A stretch of 54,623 nucleotides of DNA from Guillardia theta CCMP2712 (lineage: Eukaryota > Protista > Cryptophyta). Every line of letters begins with the position of its first letter. The first letter of the stretch is position 1. The position numbers and the translations under genes are program-made. Location of the stretch: the NCBI RefSeq assembly GCF_000315625.1, contig NW_005434633.1, forward strand, positions 460,645-515,267, read 5' to 3'. The notes beneath the pieces were generated by a model that searched no databases, was not told the DNA's origin, and was given only the letters and a program-made list of their open reading frames with translations. Of this stretch, positions 36,440 through 49,414 are shown piece by piece.

Positions 36440-38880
36440 TGAAAATTTGTACCAGAAACTTCGATAATGGTTGAAAGTATGTTTGAATCGGGGACCGTGT
36501 CGAGCAGTTTTAGGTTTACAAGTATTCTTGCTTCCTCCAAACAACAAGGTTTCAAACATTAAAACTATTTTTGACCTTACACGCTTTTACACGCCTGGGG
36601 GGTGCATATACAACCAAATCGCCTGCCCTACCCTTCCCCCATTGCTGCATCCGCACCCGCCGGCGCAGGCGGCGTTTGTTTGCATCCCAGATGGCTCTCA
36701 GCCAATGGCTCTTTCATCGTATTCAAGCTCCAGGCCATCCAAGGTTGGATCATGTGTGAATGTTTGTACTTTTTGCGGCATACTGCAAGACGACGTTTCA
36801 AACAGCTCGAGCTTGTTTTTCAAAGGAAGCTGTAGGAATCAGCATCACCATGGATTCTAGAGCCTAGGGCTGTTTTCGAATCCTTTTGATGCTCATTGCA
36901 AGATGGAGAATTTGCTCGTTTTTGGTGATCAAGCATCCACAACCCTCTTTCGTATGATTGAGCTTCGAGCACATCTCTGACTGTAGAGTTGTTTGGTGTC
37001 AAGATTGTTTCTCGTAAAGGATATCTCTGATTAGGCAATTGATTGTTGTTTTGGTTGGCATTCTACAAGACCCATACTTCCTCCTCTCTGTGTCAACCAA
37101 GCACATAAGCATAAGGCATGTCAGTCGTGTAGGCAACTTGATTGCAAATAGATCGCAAGTGTAAGATCGATGAACTATTCAACGCCATGAATGCCGGATG
37201 TGAATGAACTTCCCTCAGGACTTCTCAGTATCAGAACCAGCGAGCTAAGACATAAGGTAGAGTCTCCATTGAATATCATTCCTGCGAATGTAATGTTTTT
37301 ATCAGTTGTAGGGAACAGAAGCATGGAGACAAGCGGGTGCCCAAGCGAATAGGAACATCTTGCGGATGTAGGTTTGGACAAAGACGGCGATGATTCCGAG
37401 GTTGTGAAACAGGCAGCGAAAAGATGCTGAGGTTTTCGGAGTTCATAAACATGGCTTGTGACGAGCATGTCACACGTAAAGCGATGGAAAACAACAAACA
37501 AAAATTGTAAAGCAATCGAAAGCAACGAAAATCAATGGAAAACAACAAACAAAAATTTTTCTCAAAGGTCTCACTCCTTGACTTCAACCACTGATTGAAC
37601 ATCTTTTTGACCTCGGTCATATCTCGACAAATCCGATTGTACTCCGCCGCTGAACAGAAAGTTGTTTGCGCCATCTTTTCAACGAGTGGTGCCGGGTTTG
37701 CAATCGAGAAGTGAGAGATTTTACAGTATTTATTATTTTCGATGTCGTCTTCATGAAAAAATATATACCCATGCACTCCGAAATTATCGTGGAGATCATC
37801 GTTGGCATGCTCCAACATGCAAGGAAAGCTGAAGAAACACATTTTTGGTATAGCATTTATTTCATCCGTATCCTTGTAAATTGCTTGATAACAATCACGG
37901 TTTCCAACTTTGTTCAAAATTCTTTTCAGGGCCACACAGGGCACTCGATTAGTTATAATGGTTTCGTCTACATGTTCCAAGAGGACTCCATTGTACATGA
38001 TGTACACTTCGACAACCTGTGCATCTGAGTGCAGCGATTTGATCATGCCCAGTCGATTCACTTCAACGCCCCTGTGATCTTCACACTGATATTGAACCCC
38101 TGTGCCAGGCTCAAGCATAATATTCAAATTACTGCCTGGCTTTTTCCAGTACATCCTGGGCAAGTCTCGATCATCAACTGACGTATGCAGGATCATTCGA
38201 AGCTTCAAATCTTCAGGTGTCTTTGACTCATCACAAGTCTCTTCCTGCTCCAAGAATGTATCGAAATCTTCCTGCCTTCGCCTTCTCTGAATTCCATTTG
38301 TTGCTGATACACGACGGTGAAGATTCATTTGTTTGGTGTCTATAACTGGAGCGCAAGGGAAAGGGAAGCAACGGGGAGGGAGGTGAGCAGGGGGGAGGGA
38401 GGGAGCAGGGAGGAAGGGAGGGGAGCAGAGTGGAGGGAGGGAGGGAGAAGAGCAGGAAGGAGAAGGGGAGGGATACTTGCAATGGGGATCTCAGGATTTT
38501 TAATGAATTTTTATTTGCTCTTTGATCGGGGGCAAGGGGACCTGTGTTTCGGTGGCACCCTATAGACATGGGGTAGGTATCTATATAAAACAACCGGTGT
38601 AGAAAAAAAATATTGCCGTTGCTAGCTGGCATACGACTCCTTGATTTGAAAACAAAAATACTTATTGGCTGGATTTACTACACTCGTCAATGGCTGACAC
38701 TAATAAGATTTCATGAGCGTGTATCGAAATATACGAATAACCCTACCCCCTCCATATCAGACAAACATACCGGTACACAGGGAAGAGAGCAGCCAAGAGG
38801 CGTGTAAGCCGGAACTCAAATGCTTAAAACAAATATAAAAGAGTACTGGGTGGTACAAATCATTCTGGTACAAAATTGAC
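36440..38880. mobile_element. AT-rich island, possibly a decayed DNA element with degenerate terminal inverted repeats
   Basis: Compositional shift, an intronless disrupted ORF, and colinear inverted matches near both ends. Confidence 0.35.
36820..38328 (-). pseudogene. Intronless AT-rich ORF with a possible BAH-like domain; disrupted downstream
   Basis: 350-aa ORF followed by out-of-frame fragments; internal 23-bp direct repeat at 37484 and 37535. Confidence 0.4.
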
Positions 38881-38941
38881 TAAAAACTGTATGCTTATGA
38901 TTAAATTAACAGGTACAAGTGTTTGTTAAAAGGATATTAAT

Positions 38942-39763
38942 TTATAATTGGGCATTAGTAAATGCCATGGAATGGAAGGAGCAATCCCCATCCTCGTTAA
39001 GACCGGCACGATTGCACATGCGGCAACGAGCAACTCTTCCTTCTTGTCCCCATCCTCCCAGCACATGCTCTTGCTTAGCACCAACCGTTGTGCTCCGTCC
39101 TTCGTCAGGCGCTGATTCAACATGAGGGAGCCTCAGCCTTGGAAGCATGATATTTTCATCTTTGCTGCACGCTTCAGGGTATGTCTGAGTAACAAGATCA
39201 GACTTGTAACACAACGATCAAGGTAGCGATACCTGCTGCAACTTTAACATTTCTTCAGAAGCCATCTGGCTGATTGACGTGGTGCTCGAGAACGACGACG
39301 ACGATGAAAACGACAAGTTCGGCGAAGAGTTCCAGGCTCCAGCGGGCTGGAAGGAGTGGAGGCTGTTCTTGCTCGACAGTGATCTGCTGTCCAGCTCCAT
39401 GCTCGTTTCATTAGGTCGATTCGTCTTCGCAGCAAAGCTTGACTCAGGCCTTGTTTCGCTCTCCGACTTCATCTCGTTCTGATACAAAGTCGATTCGTTC
39501 TCTTTGACTTCGGCACCCCTGAAAACTTGTACTTCCGCTGCTGTCCAGAGCGTCTGTGTAGCCCTCGACCATGTCCTCCCATTCCAAATGTCTCGGATAG
39601 TCTTGGGGCTCACACCATACTTGAGCGCCACCTCATGGCACCTTGCGAACCTGTCCAGGCAGGTGACGTCCCTTTCCAGAAAAATTTCAATGGCCGTCTC
39701 CTGGGACAAAACGGACTTTGATTTATTGCTGCCCTGTTGTTTGTTTGACTGCATATTTATCAT
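38942..39763 (-). CDS. Diverged HTH family member (copy 7), with a probable second exon
   Basis: LSQETAIEIFLER...VALKYGVSPKTIRDIWNGRTWSRATQTLW. Confidence 0.75.
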
Positions 39764-42658
39764 CGAACAACGGCAAGAGAATTACAGCGCTTAAAGACTT
39801 CGAACATATCCCGCGACCACAGACCGAGCCAATCATTGTGTCACCATGGCACAATGAGGCTTGCAGTCTGCGCCCAACCCCAACCCGACAATCGATACAA
39901 GAGCAATGAGAGCTTGAAAGAAAATACTGTGCTGATACTGAGAAATTCCTTGCAGCACGATGTCGTTCTAGCGAGATTTATCAGATTGTATCTGTGAACT
40001 GCTTTGGAAAGCAATGACGAGGAGGGAGAAGAATCAAGAATCGTATCCTAATATATCAAGCGGTATCCCACTATATCAATCGGTAAGTGAGATACTCAGC
40101 CTCGATAATTCGATATTGCAAATGGCTGCGTTGGGATGATTTGATCAACTGGAAGGGGTTGATCAAGAAAAACCTTTTGTTTTTGGAACAATCAGATCAC
40201 ACTGCTGGTCTGTAGGGGAAAAGAAGGAACAAGCAAGACGATGGGAAGTAGATAGCTGGTGTCAATGATAATGATATGTCGATCTGAAGCTAGATTACTA
40301 CCAAAGAGAGTGGATGAAGGCGAAGGTTGGAACGGAGATGGCGTTGATTACAAAGAAACAATTCGGGGATTGATGCGATAGAAGGCAAATGGACAGGGAT
40401 GGAGCGATTCAGGCACAGGGAAAAGCAATCAAAGGGAGGAGAATAGGTAGGAGGAAGACGAGGAGGAGGGGGGGGAGGAAGGGGGCGCGGGCAGTATGCT
40501 TACGAATGCGGAAGAGGATGGTGGAGGAAGGGAACGACAGCAGACGGCGTGATGGGGGGTCAATTATATGGGTGGGGGTCTGTTTGAGTGGGTGGAGGCT
40601 TCCTGGTAGGGGTACATTTGATTCTTTTTGAATGCTATTTTATGGGGTTCCTGTCAATTTAAAGGGGGGTTGTTTCCCAGGTATTCCGTTTTGGTATGGT
40701 AGGGTAGTTCAAGGATGGGTGTAAATCAAAGGGGGGTGGGCGCTTATATTAGGGTGGGGGTTGTACATGGTGGGGTAATAAGTACCAAGATGTATTCTCA
40801 TTGAACATGGTAGGGTACATTGTGTATTGTGGGGTAGGGTACCCAAGAAACAAATCAAGGTCGAAACAAGTCGTTTTCACGATCCCCTTTTGGTGCTGGT
40901 ACAGATCATTTGTATGTTTACAACAGATTTAGAGGAAAACAATATAAATCTGTACCCTCTAAAATTGTGTAATATATGAATACCAAGACCCGTTGAGATT
41001 TCACCAGATTTATCTGAATCGATGCCAGAACAGAACGTTAAGCTTGAACTGATCCCCGAAAAAGTAGTATTTCAGCTTATCTATGAGGAGACGCAGAGTT
41101 AAAGAAAAGGGTTGATATCGTGTATTTTCGCGTTCTAGGGGTTCTCCGTCGGACTACCCACCCCGCGCTCCTAAAACAGGCAAAAACTCCTACTGTCATT
41201 ACCCTGTTGTGGTACTACTTACTACCCCCTCCTTTCCCATTTTTGATTTTTTAATTTCTATCCCCCGTTTAACAAGCCACCACCCCCTTGTACTACGACG
41301 TACAGAGTGCCTTCTTGCCCACCCCACCGACTCACAGTGTGATGACTATATCTCCTCTACCCTACTGTACCCTGCCCTTATTGCCCACCCCTTCAACGTA
41401 CATGACCCGGTGATGAACCCCCTTGTCGTTGATCAAACTACCCCCTATCTGATGGATCACTTGCTTGCAACGCCCAGCCACCCCCCACGCCAAGTTTTAA
41501 AAGTTTTATTCTCATGGGTATGAAGGTTTTTTAAGAGTTTTATAGACCCCGGGGGTCCACTTCGACTTTCAGGCTCATTTCCATGTACCCGGTCCTAGCC
41601 AGAGATCGGGCGACCACTGTGATATGACCACGGGTCCCTGACAGGACCCCCGTGATTATACGGTGCCTACCCCAATGAACAAAGTAGCAATTCCGGTCCT
41701 GTACGCCGGCCCTCAGGACAACTACGAATGACCCACCCGTATGACTCTGATGATACGTCTTGAGGACCCTACGGTCGACCTCATGTCTTATCTTGAAGGC
41801 GGACCTCCCCGGCCGGGCTGCTTCCGCCGGAGCTTGCCGCCTCGTGGAGCCACTGCCGCGTGAGTGCAGTGACTTCAGTAGCCTGCTCGGCCCGTGTAGT
41901 ACGGCCCCGGGTAGAACAACTCCCGGGCCCGGCGACATAATTACAAGTTGAGTAAAGGGGGGTGACTGATTATTGAAACTTGTGACGCATCATAGTACGG
42001 TCCAGGATCTTCCGAACTTCCGAAGTGAAAGTTCCGTCAGCTCGTTTGAAGGACTCCCCGGCCGCTCTGGCACTGGGCCGGCGCGCGGCCAGTGATCATC
42101 ATGCAGTGCCGAGAGTACATGATGGCCGGGCCTGTGTGCGGCTGATTTCAGTAACTGGGCGCCCTGGGCGCGAGTTTGCCGATGAGTCATGCCATGAACT
42201 CAGTACTGATTTTTCACTTCACTTTGTCGGAGTAAAGAGAACTCAGTCAGAGGCTTGCGTTCAATCGGCGGGACTCAGTTTCCTAGCACAGCCCCACGGG
42301 AGGCTCGGAGCCTCGGAGGCTCAGAACGGTTAGGCCGCTGTTTTAGACCCGGCACTACTGAGCCTGATCCAGGAGTCCAACTTTGTGTGAAAGCGCCCCC
42401 GCCTCATGATCAGAGTTTCCTCAACTTTACTGGTTAAAAATCCGCCTCAGTCTCAACCGTTGAACCGTCACACACTGGCCGGGCCTTCGGCAGCGATGAT
42501 CATCCACAAGTGAAAAGTTACACTAGTAGGGGTGGGGTGGTCACTACTCAGGGCAGTGGTACTCGTGGCCCGGTAGTAGGGGGTAGTGCCGCTCAGCTCC
42601 GCGGCTCTTAAGGGCCAGACTCACGCCGGTAGGATCGGACAGCTCCTTGTATCCGAAA

Positions 42659-43556
42659 ATGCTCAGGAGAGTTTTCAGTCTGAGCATGCAACGAAGTAAA
42701 GGACGACTAGGAGGAGATGCAAAGCTGCTCTACAGTGTTGGTCGGGAGAGGCTACAGCAGATCACGCTATCAAGACCCCTCAGCATGTCCCCAACAGGGT
42801 CAGCAAGCTGGTGGCCGTGGAAGTCAAGCAAACTTGATCTCATGGAGCGACACCTGGATGACATGAAGAAACACATGGAAGAAGTCAAGGCCAACAAGGA
42901 TAAACTCATTGCCGACAAGGATAAACTCATTGCCGACAAGGATAAACTCATTGCCGACAAGGATAAACTCATTGCCGACAAGGATGCGCAGCTAGAAGAA
43001 CTGAGGGCTGACAAGGATGCGCAGCTAAAAGAACTCAAGGCCGACAAGGATGCGCAGATAGAAGATCTGAGGGCTGACAAGGAGAGACTCTACGACGAAT
43101 TGCAGCTACAGAAGATGGAAACTCTCCGAGAACTATCGCGGGTTAAGGTCGTAGCCAACAACCGAGCTCTGATTCAGATCGCCGTGGCACGGTACAGCAG
43201 CAAGAGTTCTTTCACGCAAGGTTTGGAGAAGTTTGTGAATGAGCATTTGTTGACGGACACGAAGATATTGAGTGAGTATGGCAGAGAAGTCTGTAAGAAG
43301 CTGCGAGACTTTGGCTTCCCAGGGAAGGAAGAATCTGTTGCGAAAGAACTGGCAGACCTCATGTCCGCCCGTATCAAGTAAGATTTACAAAGGGTATGTG
43401 GTTGGAGGGGATCCGCCGCTTGCAGAAGCGCTTGCGATCGTGATTTTAAAGCTACAAGAATGCAAGCTCGTGGAAGACCTGGATGTAATGCTGGTCGACG
43501 GGGAAGGGGAATGGAAGTGCGTGCTAATGGACGGAGTGATAATCAAATACAGTTAA
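42659..43556 (+). pseudogene. Coiled-coil protein with DKDKLIA heptad repeats and a presequence-like N-terminus; frame break near 43365
   Basis: 21-bp tandem repeat at ~42890-42985. Coding-like sequence continues in another frame (YKGYVVGGDPPLAEALAIVIL). Confidence 0.5.
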
Positions 43557-44629
43557 GAGTAGTCTAGGATCTACATGTCGTTATCAACGTGATGTATTGC
43601 TTGTTGCGAGTGAATGAGCCGGTTCCTCCCCCTCGGAAAGCCTATGCCTGCTGCTGATGCTGGTGCTGGGTAGGTTGCAGGAGATTGTAGACGGACGGCG
43701 GTACGGACATGGAGGGCGTCGGGATGGCACGGTCAGAGACAGACAGGCCTGCATGGGTCTGCTGGCATCGATTGACTGCCTGTAGCAGCCGCATGAGCGT
43801 CCTCCTCCTCTACGCGCGCGAGTGGATTAGGGCGGTAGGACGGGGGAGGAGGAGGAGCCTCTCAGGAGCGGGGGCAAGAAGCGTCAGGCTGCTCGAAGGT
43901 TCCTTCCCTTGCGTGCAGGAGCTCCACCGGTGGAGGGTCTTGATCGTGAGAGTGACTCCTCGGCTACTTCCCACTGAGCATCAACACACACCTTGCTTGT
44001 GCTCCCTCCTGCCTCCTTCCGTCCAGTTCTCGTCTCCTTACCAGCCTCCTGCTGCGCCTTGGTCGAGCCTTTGCTCAGACCCTTGGGACGAGAGGGAGCC
44101 TTTCAGAAAGGCAGACACCAGCTTGGGATCTGATCTCGGCAGTAGCTTGGACATCTCGGACCCTGGCGGTAGAGTAGCCGGCAGAGGCTTGAGGCCTTTC
44201 CTCTCCCTCTCCTACTCCGTCTCCCTCGCCCAGTCGCTCTCAGACTGCCGGGGGCTGTCGTCGTTGGGCTGGAGATGCTTTGCCGAGTGCGCCCTTGAGC
44301 TTGCGAGGCAGCCCGTCCGTGTAGGCCCTTGCCCATGACGAGCTTCTCGCGACGACGTCTACAAGCCTTGTAGGCGGCAAGCAAGCGCCACTGCAAGCAG
44401 ACTGACGGCTGACGGCTGACGGCAGGCCCGGTCAAGCAGAGCCAGACCGTCTCCCACCATCCCTGCTACTCGTGCGCTAGAGGCTGGATGAGCCTGAGCA
44501 TGGTGCAGATGTCTGTCTTTCGCGTGCTCTTCATGTACAAGCCTGGGTCTAGAGTCCTACCGACTCTCTCTACCGGACGGTCGGGACTGACGAGCCGGGG
44601 CCGGGCGTCCGATCGACCTACACTCGAAG

Positions 44630-45029
44630 CATTGCGATCGCTGCTGGGTGTGCTGGCAGAGCACTATCTCTCCTGCACTCCCGGCGAAGAGAGCGGCAAG
44701 GTCGGTGCCGGCAGAGAGCATCTGGGCGACGTCTGGCGGGGGCTGGGAACCGAGGCAGGCGGAGATATCGTGCAGTCCTTGCACTGAGATCGCCTCCTCC
44801 CATGGGTACAGATGCAGGCTCCCCCGCACTCCTTGTACTGAGATCGCTCCCGCCCATGGATGCAGATGCTGGCTCCCCCGCACTCCTTGCACTGAGATCG
44901 CTCCCGCCCGTGCTCGCATGCCTTCCTGTCTGCTTTCTTCCCCCTCCCGGCTGGGCGTCGCCTGCTGCCAGCTTCGTCTCGTGGGCTCCTCCTGGCCCCG
45001 CGGAGCTCTCTGTCCTCGCTCGCTTGCTG
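44630..45029 (-). CDS. Fragment encoding CxHGRxRSQCKECGG zinc-binding repeats (54-bp units); interrupted by gaps and possibly decayed
   Basis: CEHGRERSQCKECGGASI / CIHGRERSQYKECGGACI / CTHGRRRSQCKDC, plus CQHTQQRSQCFEC. Confidence 0.65.
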
Positions 45030-46186
45030 NNNNNNNNNNNNNNNNNNNNNNNNNNNNNNNNNNNNNNNNNNNNNNNNNNNNNNNNNNNNNNNNNNNNNNN
45101 NNNNNNNNNNNNNNNNNNNNNNNNNNNNNCAGCGCAAACATGCCGTCTGGTGTGCGGTACCGGTGAGGGTCGGGCTGCTGGTCGGGCTGGAGGANNNNNN
45201 NNNNNNNNNNNNNNNNNNNNNNNNNNNNNNNNNNNNNNNNNNNNNNNNNNNNNNNNNNNNNNNNNNNNNNNNNNNNNNNNNNNNNNNNNNNNNNAAAGGG
45301 ATGCCCAGGGGTGGAAAGACAACTACAAGATCCGATTTGAAGATGGAAGGGAACGAAATACCACGGTGGCACAAGCTACGAAGGGGGAGAAAAAGGCGGG
45401 AAGATGAAAGTTTGTGGGTTGGTATCACATCTATGACCTGACAGGGGTCTGCTACGAGGTGTCCTAGGACCCGGGGCCTGTCGGGCGGGCCCAACAACCC
45501 GAGAGAGGCAGTAGAGTCAAGGACAAGGTTGAGTGTGACCCGTCAGGGTAGGAGATGACGGACACACAGCACTCGCTCCTTCACCACCGGCACTCTCACT
45601 CTTGTATGATCCCCTCGGTGCGAAACCCACGATACAGCCACACGCTCAGCTCAGGGCACGAGCTGCTGTCGGTGAGGTGAGGTGCAGATGCGCTCCGCGT
45701 CACAGTATGGGTCGAGGACCGCCGCTTTCGCACGCGGCAAGAAACACAACTTGGCAAAGGGTCATGAGGACGCAACACAACAGCAGTGTGTTGTGACGAT
45801 GGCGAGTGTGATCAAAGAGTGAGAGAGAGGCAGAGCAGGTGTGCAAACGAGTTGCAAATGACAAAGAAAGCGGGACTTTCAGATCAGGATTGAGAGAAAG
45901 GGAAATGAGTCAGCGATAGTTTCCTGATGCTGGTCTTTGATGCAGCCCCTTCGGGAACTCTGTGCAGAGAAAAGGAGCACAGCACAGCAATGCGTATGAT
46001 ACATGCGCCACCGTGCCTTCGACATGTTGATATCTCATCATCTCCCTGCTGGGTAAGGAACTGCACCTGCTGCTGGTGCTGTCGTCACTTACCGTACGGG
46101 CGCTTGAACTACCGGCGTGGTCCTCGCTGCCCGCAGTTAAAGCAGCGGCCCTCTGCGCGCTCCCGACTGTTGCAACGGCTGGAACT

Positions 46187-46231
46187 AGTCTCAGCTATAA
46201 ACTATAAAGTCTCAGCTATAAACTATAAAGT
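46187..46231. repeat. 21-bp direct tandem repeat (2 copies)
   Basis: agtctcagctataaactataa repeated twice. Confidence 0.9.
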
Positions 46232-46682
46232 GGTACAATATTTACTAGGATCCTCCATTTGCAAGCTCCCATTTTCACTGGGACACTATAAACCTATCCG
46301 CCATAGACTATATCTTAGTGTCGCCCACCACCCAGGAAACTGAAAACATCTCTTTTCCTCAAACGCTTCTGCCCTCTGTGGTAAACAGAATTGACTGGCA
46401 GACTACATTTCTTCCCCCCCCCCCCCANNNNNNNNNNNNNNNNNNNNNNNNNNNNNNNNNNNNNNNNNNNNNNNNNNNNNNNNNNNNNNNNNNNNNNNNN
46501 NNNNNNNNNNNNNNNNNNNNNNNNNNNCCCAACTTTCCTCCTCCGTCCTTGTGCGAGCCCCTCCCGTCCTTGTTCATTCACAGATTCTTCGTCCCCAACC
46601 CCATCCCCGTCCTCGTCCCCATCAGCCCTGCCTTGTCCTCCTTCCCTGCCACCCAGTCAAGCTTTCTTCCATCGAGTTCTTG

Positions 46683-46892
46683 ATGCAGATTCCAGCTGCT
46701 TCTTCTTCCGTATACCTCCGGGCTCCCCGCCGCCAATACTGCTCCGGCACACCCAACTCTTCCCCTTCCCCTTCCCCTCCTCCTTCCCCCGTCCCTCCCT
46801 CCAAGCAGCTCGCCACTCTCGAAGCCTCTATCCGATTGATCCTCCAAAATGCAACTGTTGTGTCGGCCTTGGGCGAGGAAATGCAGCTTTGA
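46683..46892 (+). CDS. 69-aa microprotein, family member 3
   Basis: Ends KQLATLEASIRLILQNATVVSALGEEMQL*, which aligns with members 1 and 2. Confidence 0.6.
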   Translation: MQIPAASSSVYLRAPRRQYCSGTPNSSPSPSPPPSPVPPSKQLATLEASIRLILQNATVVSALGEEMQL

Positions 46893-47887
46893 ATTGGCGG
46901 AGGGGAAAGGCAGGGATGAGGATGCGAATATGATTGTATGCCATGTCACAGTAGTTTAATAGATCATAGGATATCTGTATAAATCAACGTGATTGCAAAA
47001 AAGGTTTTCAGAAATGTTTGCATCCAACACAGATTTTAAGAATGCTCAAACTTCTAGAGTGTCCTGCAAATCTTTTGCTCTTGCCAACTTGAAGCAGAGT
47101 GATCTCGAGAGAGCAATGTCTATTTCTCATTGATCTGGCCGAATGTATAGATTACAAAGAATGCTGGACCTCGAATAAGAATCCCTGACCAAAATTTCAA
47201 TCCTCCCTTGAGGATATTTTCTTTTTCTTTGAGCTCTCGTGCTGTACTGATGAACTCTTGCAGATTTGGATTCATAACACATCTGCTTCTACTGTCGGGG
47301 GCATTAAGACAGAAAGGTGTAGAACAGTGCACATGCAAACACACAAACACACCCACATGATCCCGGAATTGTACTTGCCTGAAAGTGAGGAACTTTAGTT
47401 GTCCGACGAGTCACCAGATGATAGTATCGGCGTTCGGGTGCGAGACTTAACTGATACCTTCAGACGCACTTGTACCGGGACGCACCCGCCGGGGATGATG
47501 GCAGCGAAGGACAGGGAGCCGGGCCTTGAGCTGACGCAAGTTGAAAGATCCTGGAACTGATGCGTTCACTCAGCGAGTGTAATAAGTCGGTCGGATCACC
47601 TGAGACGTGCCTTGCGAGAGACCATCCAGAGCTGCCGTTTCCTTCAAGTCCGGGAGTCTGCCGGGCCCGCGGCCGCCGGGGCCAGGGCCCGGCGGGTGTG
47701 GCACGCGGCCAGCCTGTGAGTCAAAGCCTTGGCTGTTTGAGATGAAGAGGCTTGACAAATTTGACTAGTACACGATTGGACGAATGGAGGGAAGTGGAGA
47801 AGAGAGAGGGAGGATGCAAGTTAGGTAAGACAGGAGTGAAGTTAGAGCAAACAGTTGAGACAAACAGCGCAGAGTCTCGAGCTTTCA

Positions 47888-48853
47888 ATGTTGAGCATCA
47901 AAGACCTGAGGATTGTTGTTCTCTGCCTTGTATTTGCTTGCACCACCGCCATCAAACAACAACACGTTGATAACCTCGATGTAGAGGACATCACAAGAAC
48001 CCAGCAACATCAGCCATCGACTGATGGCGCAGAATTGTATCATTCGATGAAGCGAAAGTTCAAGAAATTCTCTAGCCTTGTCAGGCTTGTTCAGAAGAAG
48101 TATGGGATATCGCTCAGTCAGGCAGCGAGCACTGTCAAGGCTCGATCGCTGCTAAAGAGAAGCTGGGAGAAGCTTCAAAAGCTCCAAGACGGTTACAAGA
48201 AAGCTGCTGCTAGAAGAATCAAGAAGAAGGCCAGGAAAGTGGAGCTCCAGAAGGTATTTCCTCCCATGGTTCGTCTCTTGCTGACGACGGTTTAGCAGCA
48301 GGCAATCGAGTCCTCTGCACAGCAGCAGGGAAGGAGGGTAAGCAAACAGGAAGCGGTGTTCTTGTTCACGGCTCTCAACCCGCCGGTGCAGCCAAGGGAA
48401 GTGACCTTCCCTCTGAGCGAGGAGGAGTTTGTACGGCTGCTGGCATCGAGAGAAGCGTTGGTGGAGACAGCGGAACAGGAGCTGAGGGAGGGGAAGCTCA
48501 CGAGCGCGGCGATGAGAAAGAATTTGATGATGGAAGCAGACGCCAACCAGAGAGAAAGGAGAGACATCCTTCTGCAACACTGCTCTCGAGGCAGGAGCCT
48601 GCACGCTACGAGCATCGGCATGGCGTTGGCCCAGTTCGACCTGCTGGCAGAGGAGGTGCAGGAGAAGGCGATCATGAGAGCGAGGGAGAACATTGACAGC
48701 ATGCCTCCCGGAGGGCTCCAGAACCTCCTCGAGGCGATGGCGGAGCGAGTTCTGAACGAGACGAGGACGCTGAGCCAGGACGCGACAGATCGCGCGGAAT
48801 GGTTCGCGAGGAACTACTCGCCTCCTCGGTCCAGCGCCCATCCTGTGATGTAG
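47888..48853 (+). CDS. Hypothetical helical protein with a signal peptide; intron at ~48253-48295
   Basis: MLSIKDLRIVVLCLVFACTTA; the two ORFs can be joined by a GT-AG intron. Confidence 0.55.
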
Positions 48854-49383
48854 TGGACATGCCTAATGTTTTGAGAGAGCAATGAGAGCTTTGCAATGTG
48901 AACAACTCGAAATCTCCTATGTTCGAACAGGAACCTCACTCTGACCCGCCCTTATTCTGGCCCGCAGTGATTGGCGTCTTGTGAGGACTTTTGCTGCCGG
49001 CCAAGAAGGTTGTCTACGAATTTGACTCGTATCCCCCCTTTCTCTTCTTATTTCCCTCATTGCCTGTCTGAACCCCTCTCCTTTCCCAGCAGCATTTCAT
49101 CCTTCTCCTACCTCCCGTCTCCTTTCTTCTTTCTTCATTCCTACCCGGCACCTCCTCCTCCTCCTCCTCCTCTCGCCCCCACCACCCCCCCTCGTGCTAA
49201 TCCTTGTCCTGCTCTGTTCTCCTCTCCTCCTCCCTATCCTCTCTCCTCTTGTCTTCCTCCTCCAGTTCTTCTTCGCTCTCCACTTCCCATGCCGCAGTCT
49301 CTCAGACTGATCGGAGGCGTAGCCCACAAAATTTGGTACCCCCTACCCCCAATACAGTTATGAAACGCACCGGTCTCGCACGC

Positions 49384-49414
<31 letters not shown>

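Noticed and set aside
39800-40400. Microprotein partner upstream of HTH copy 7
   Set aside because: No ORF with the ASI/LG signature and no convincing motif blocks found.
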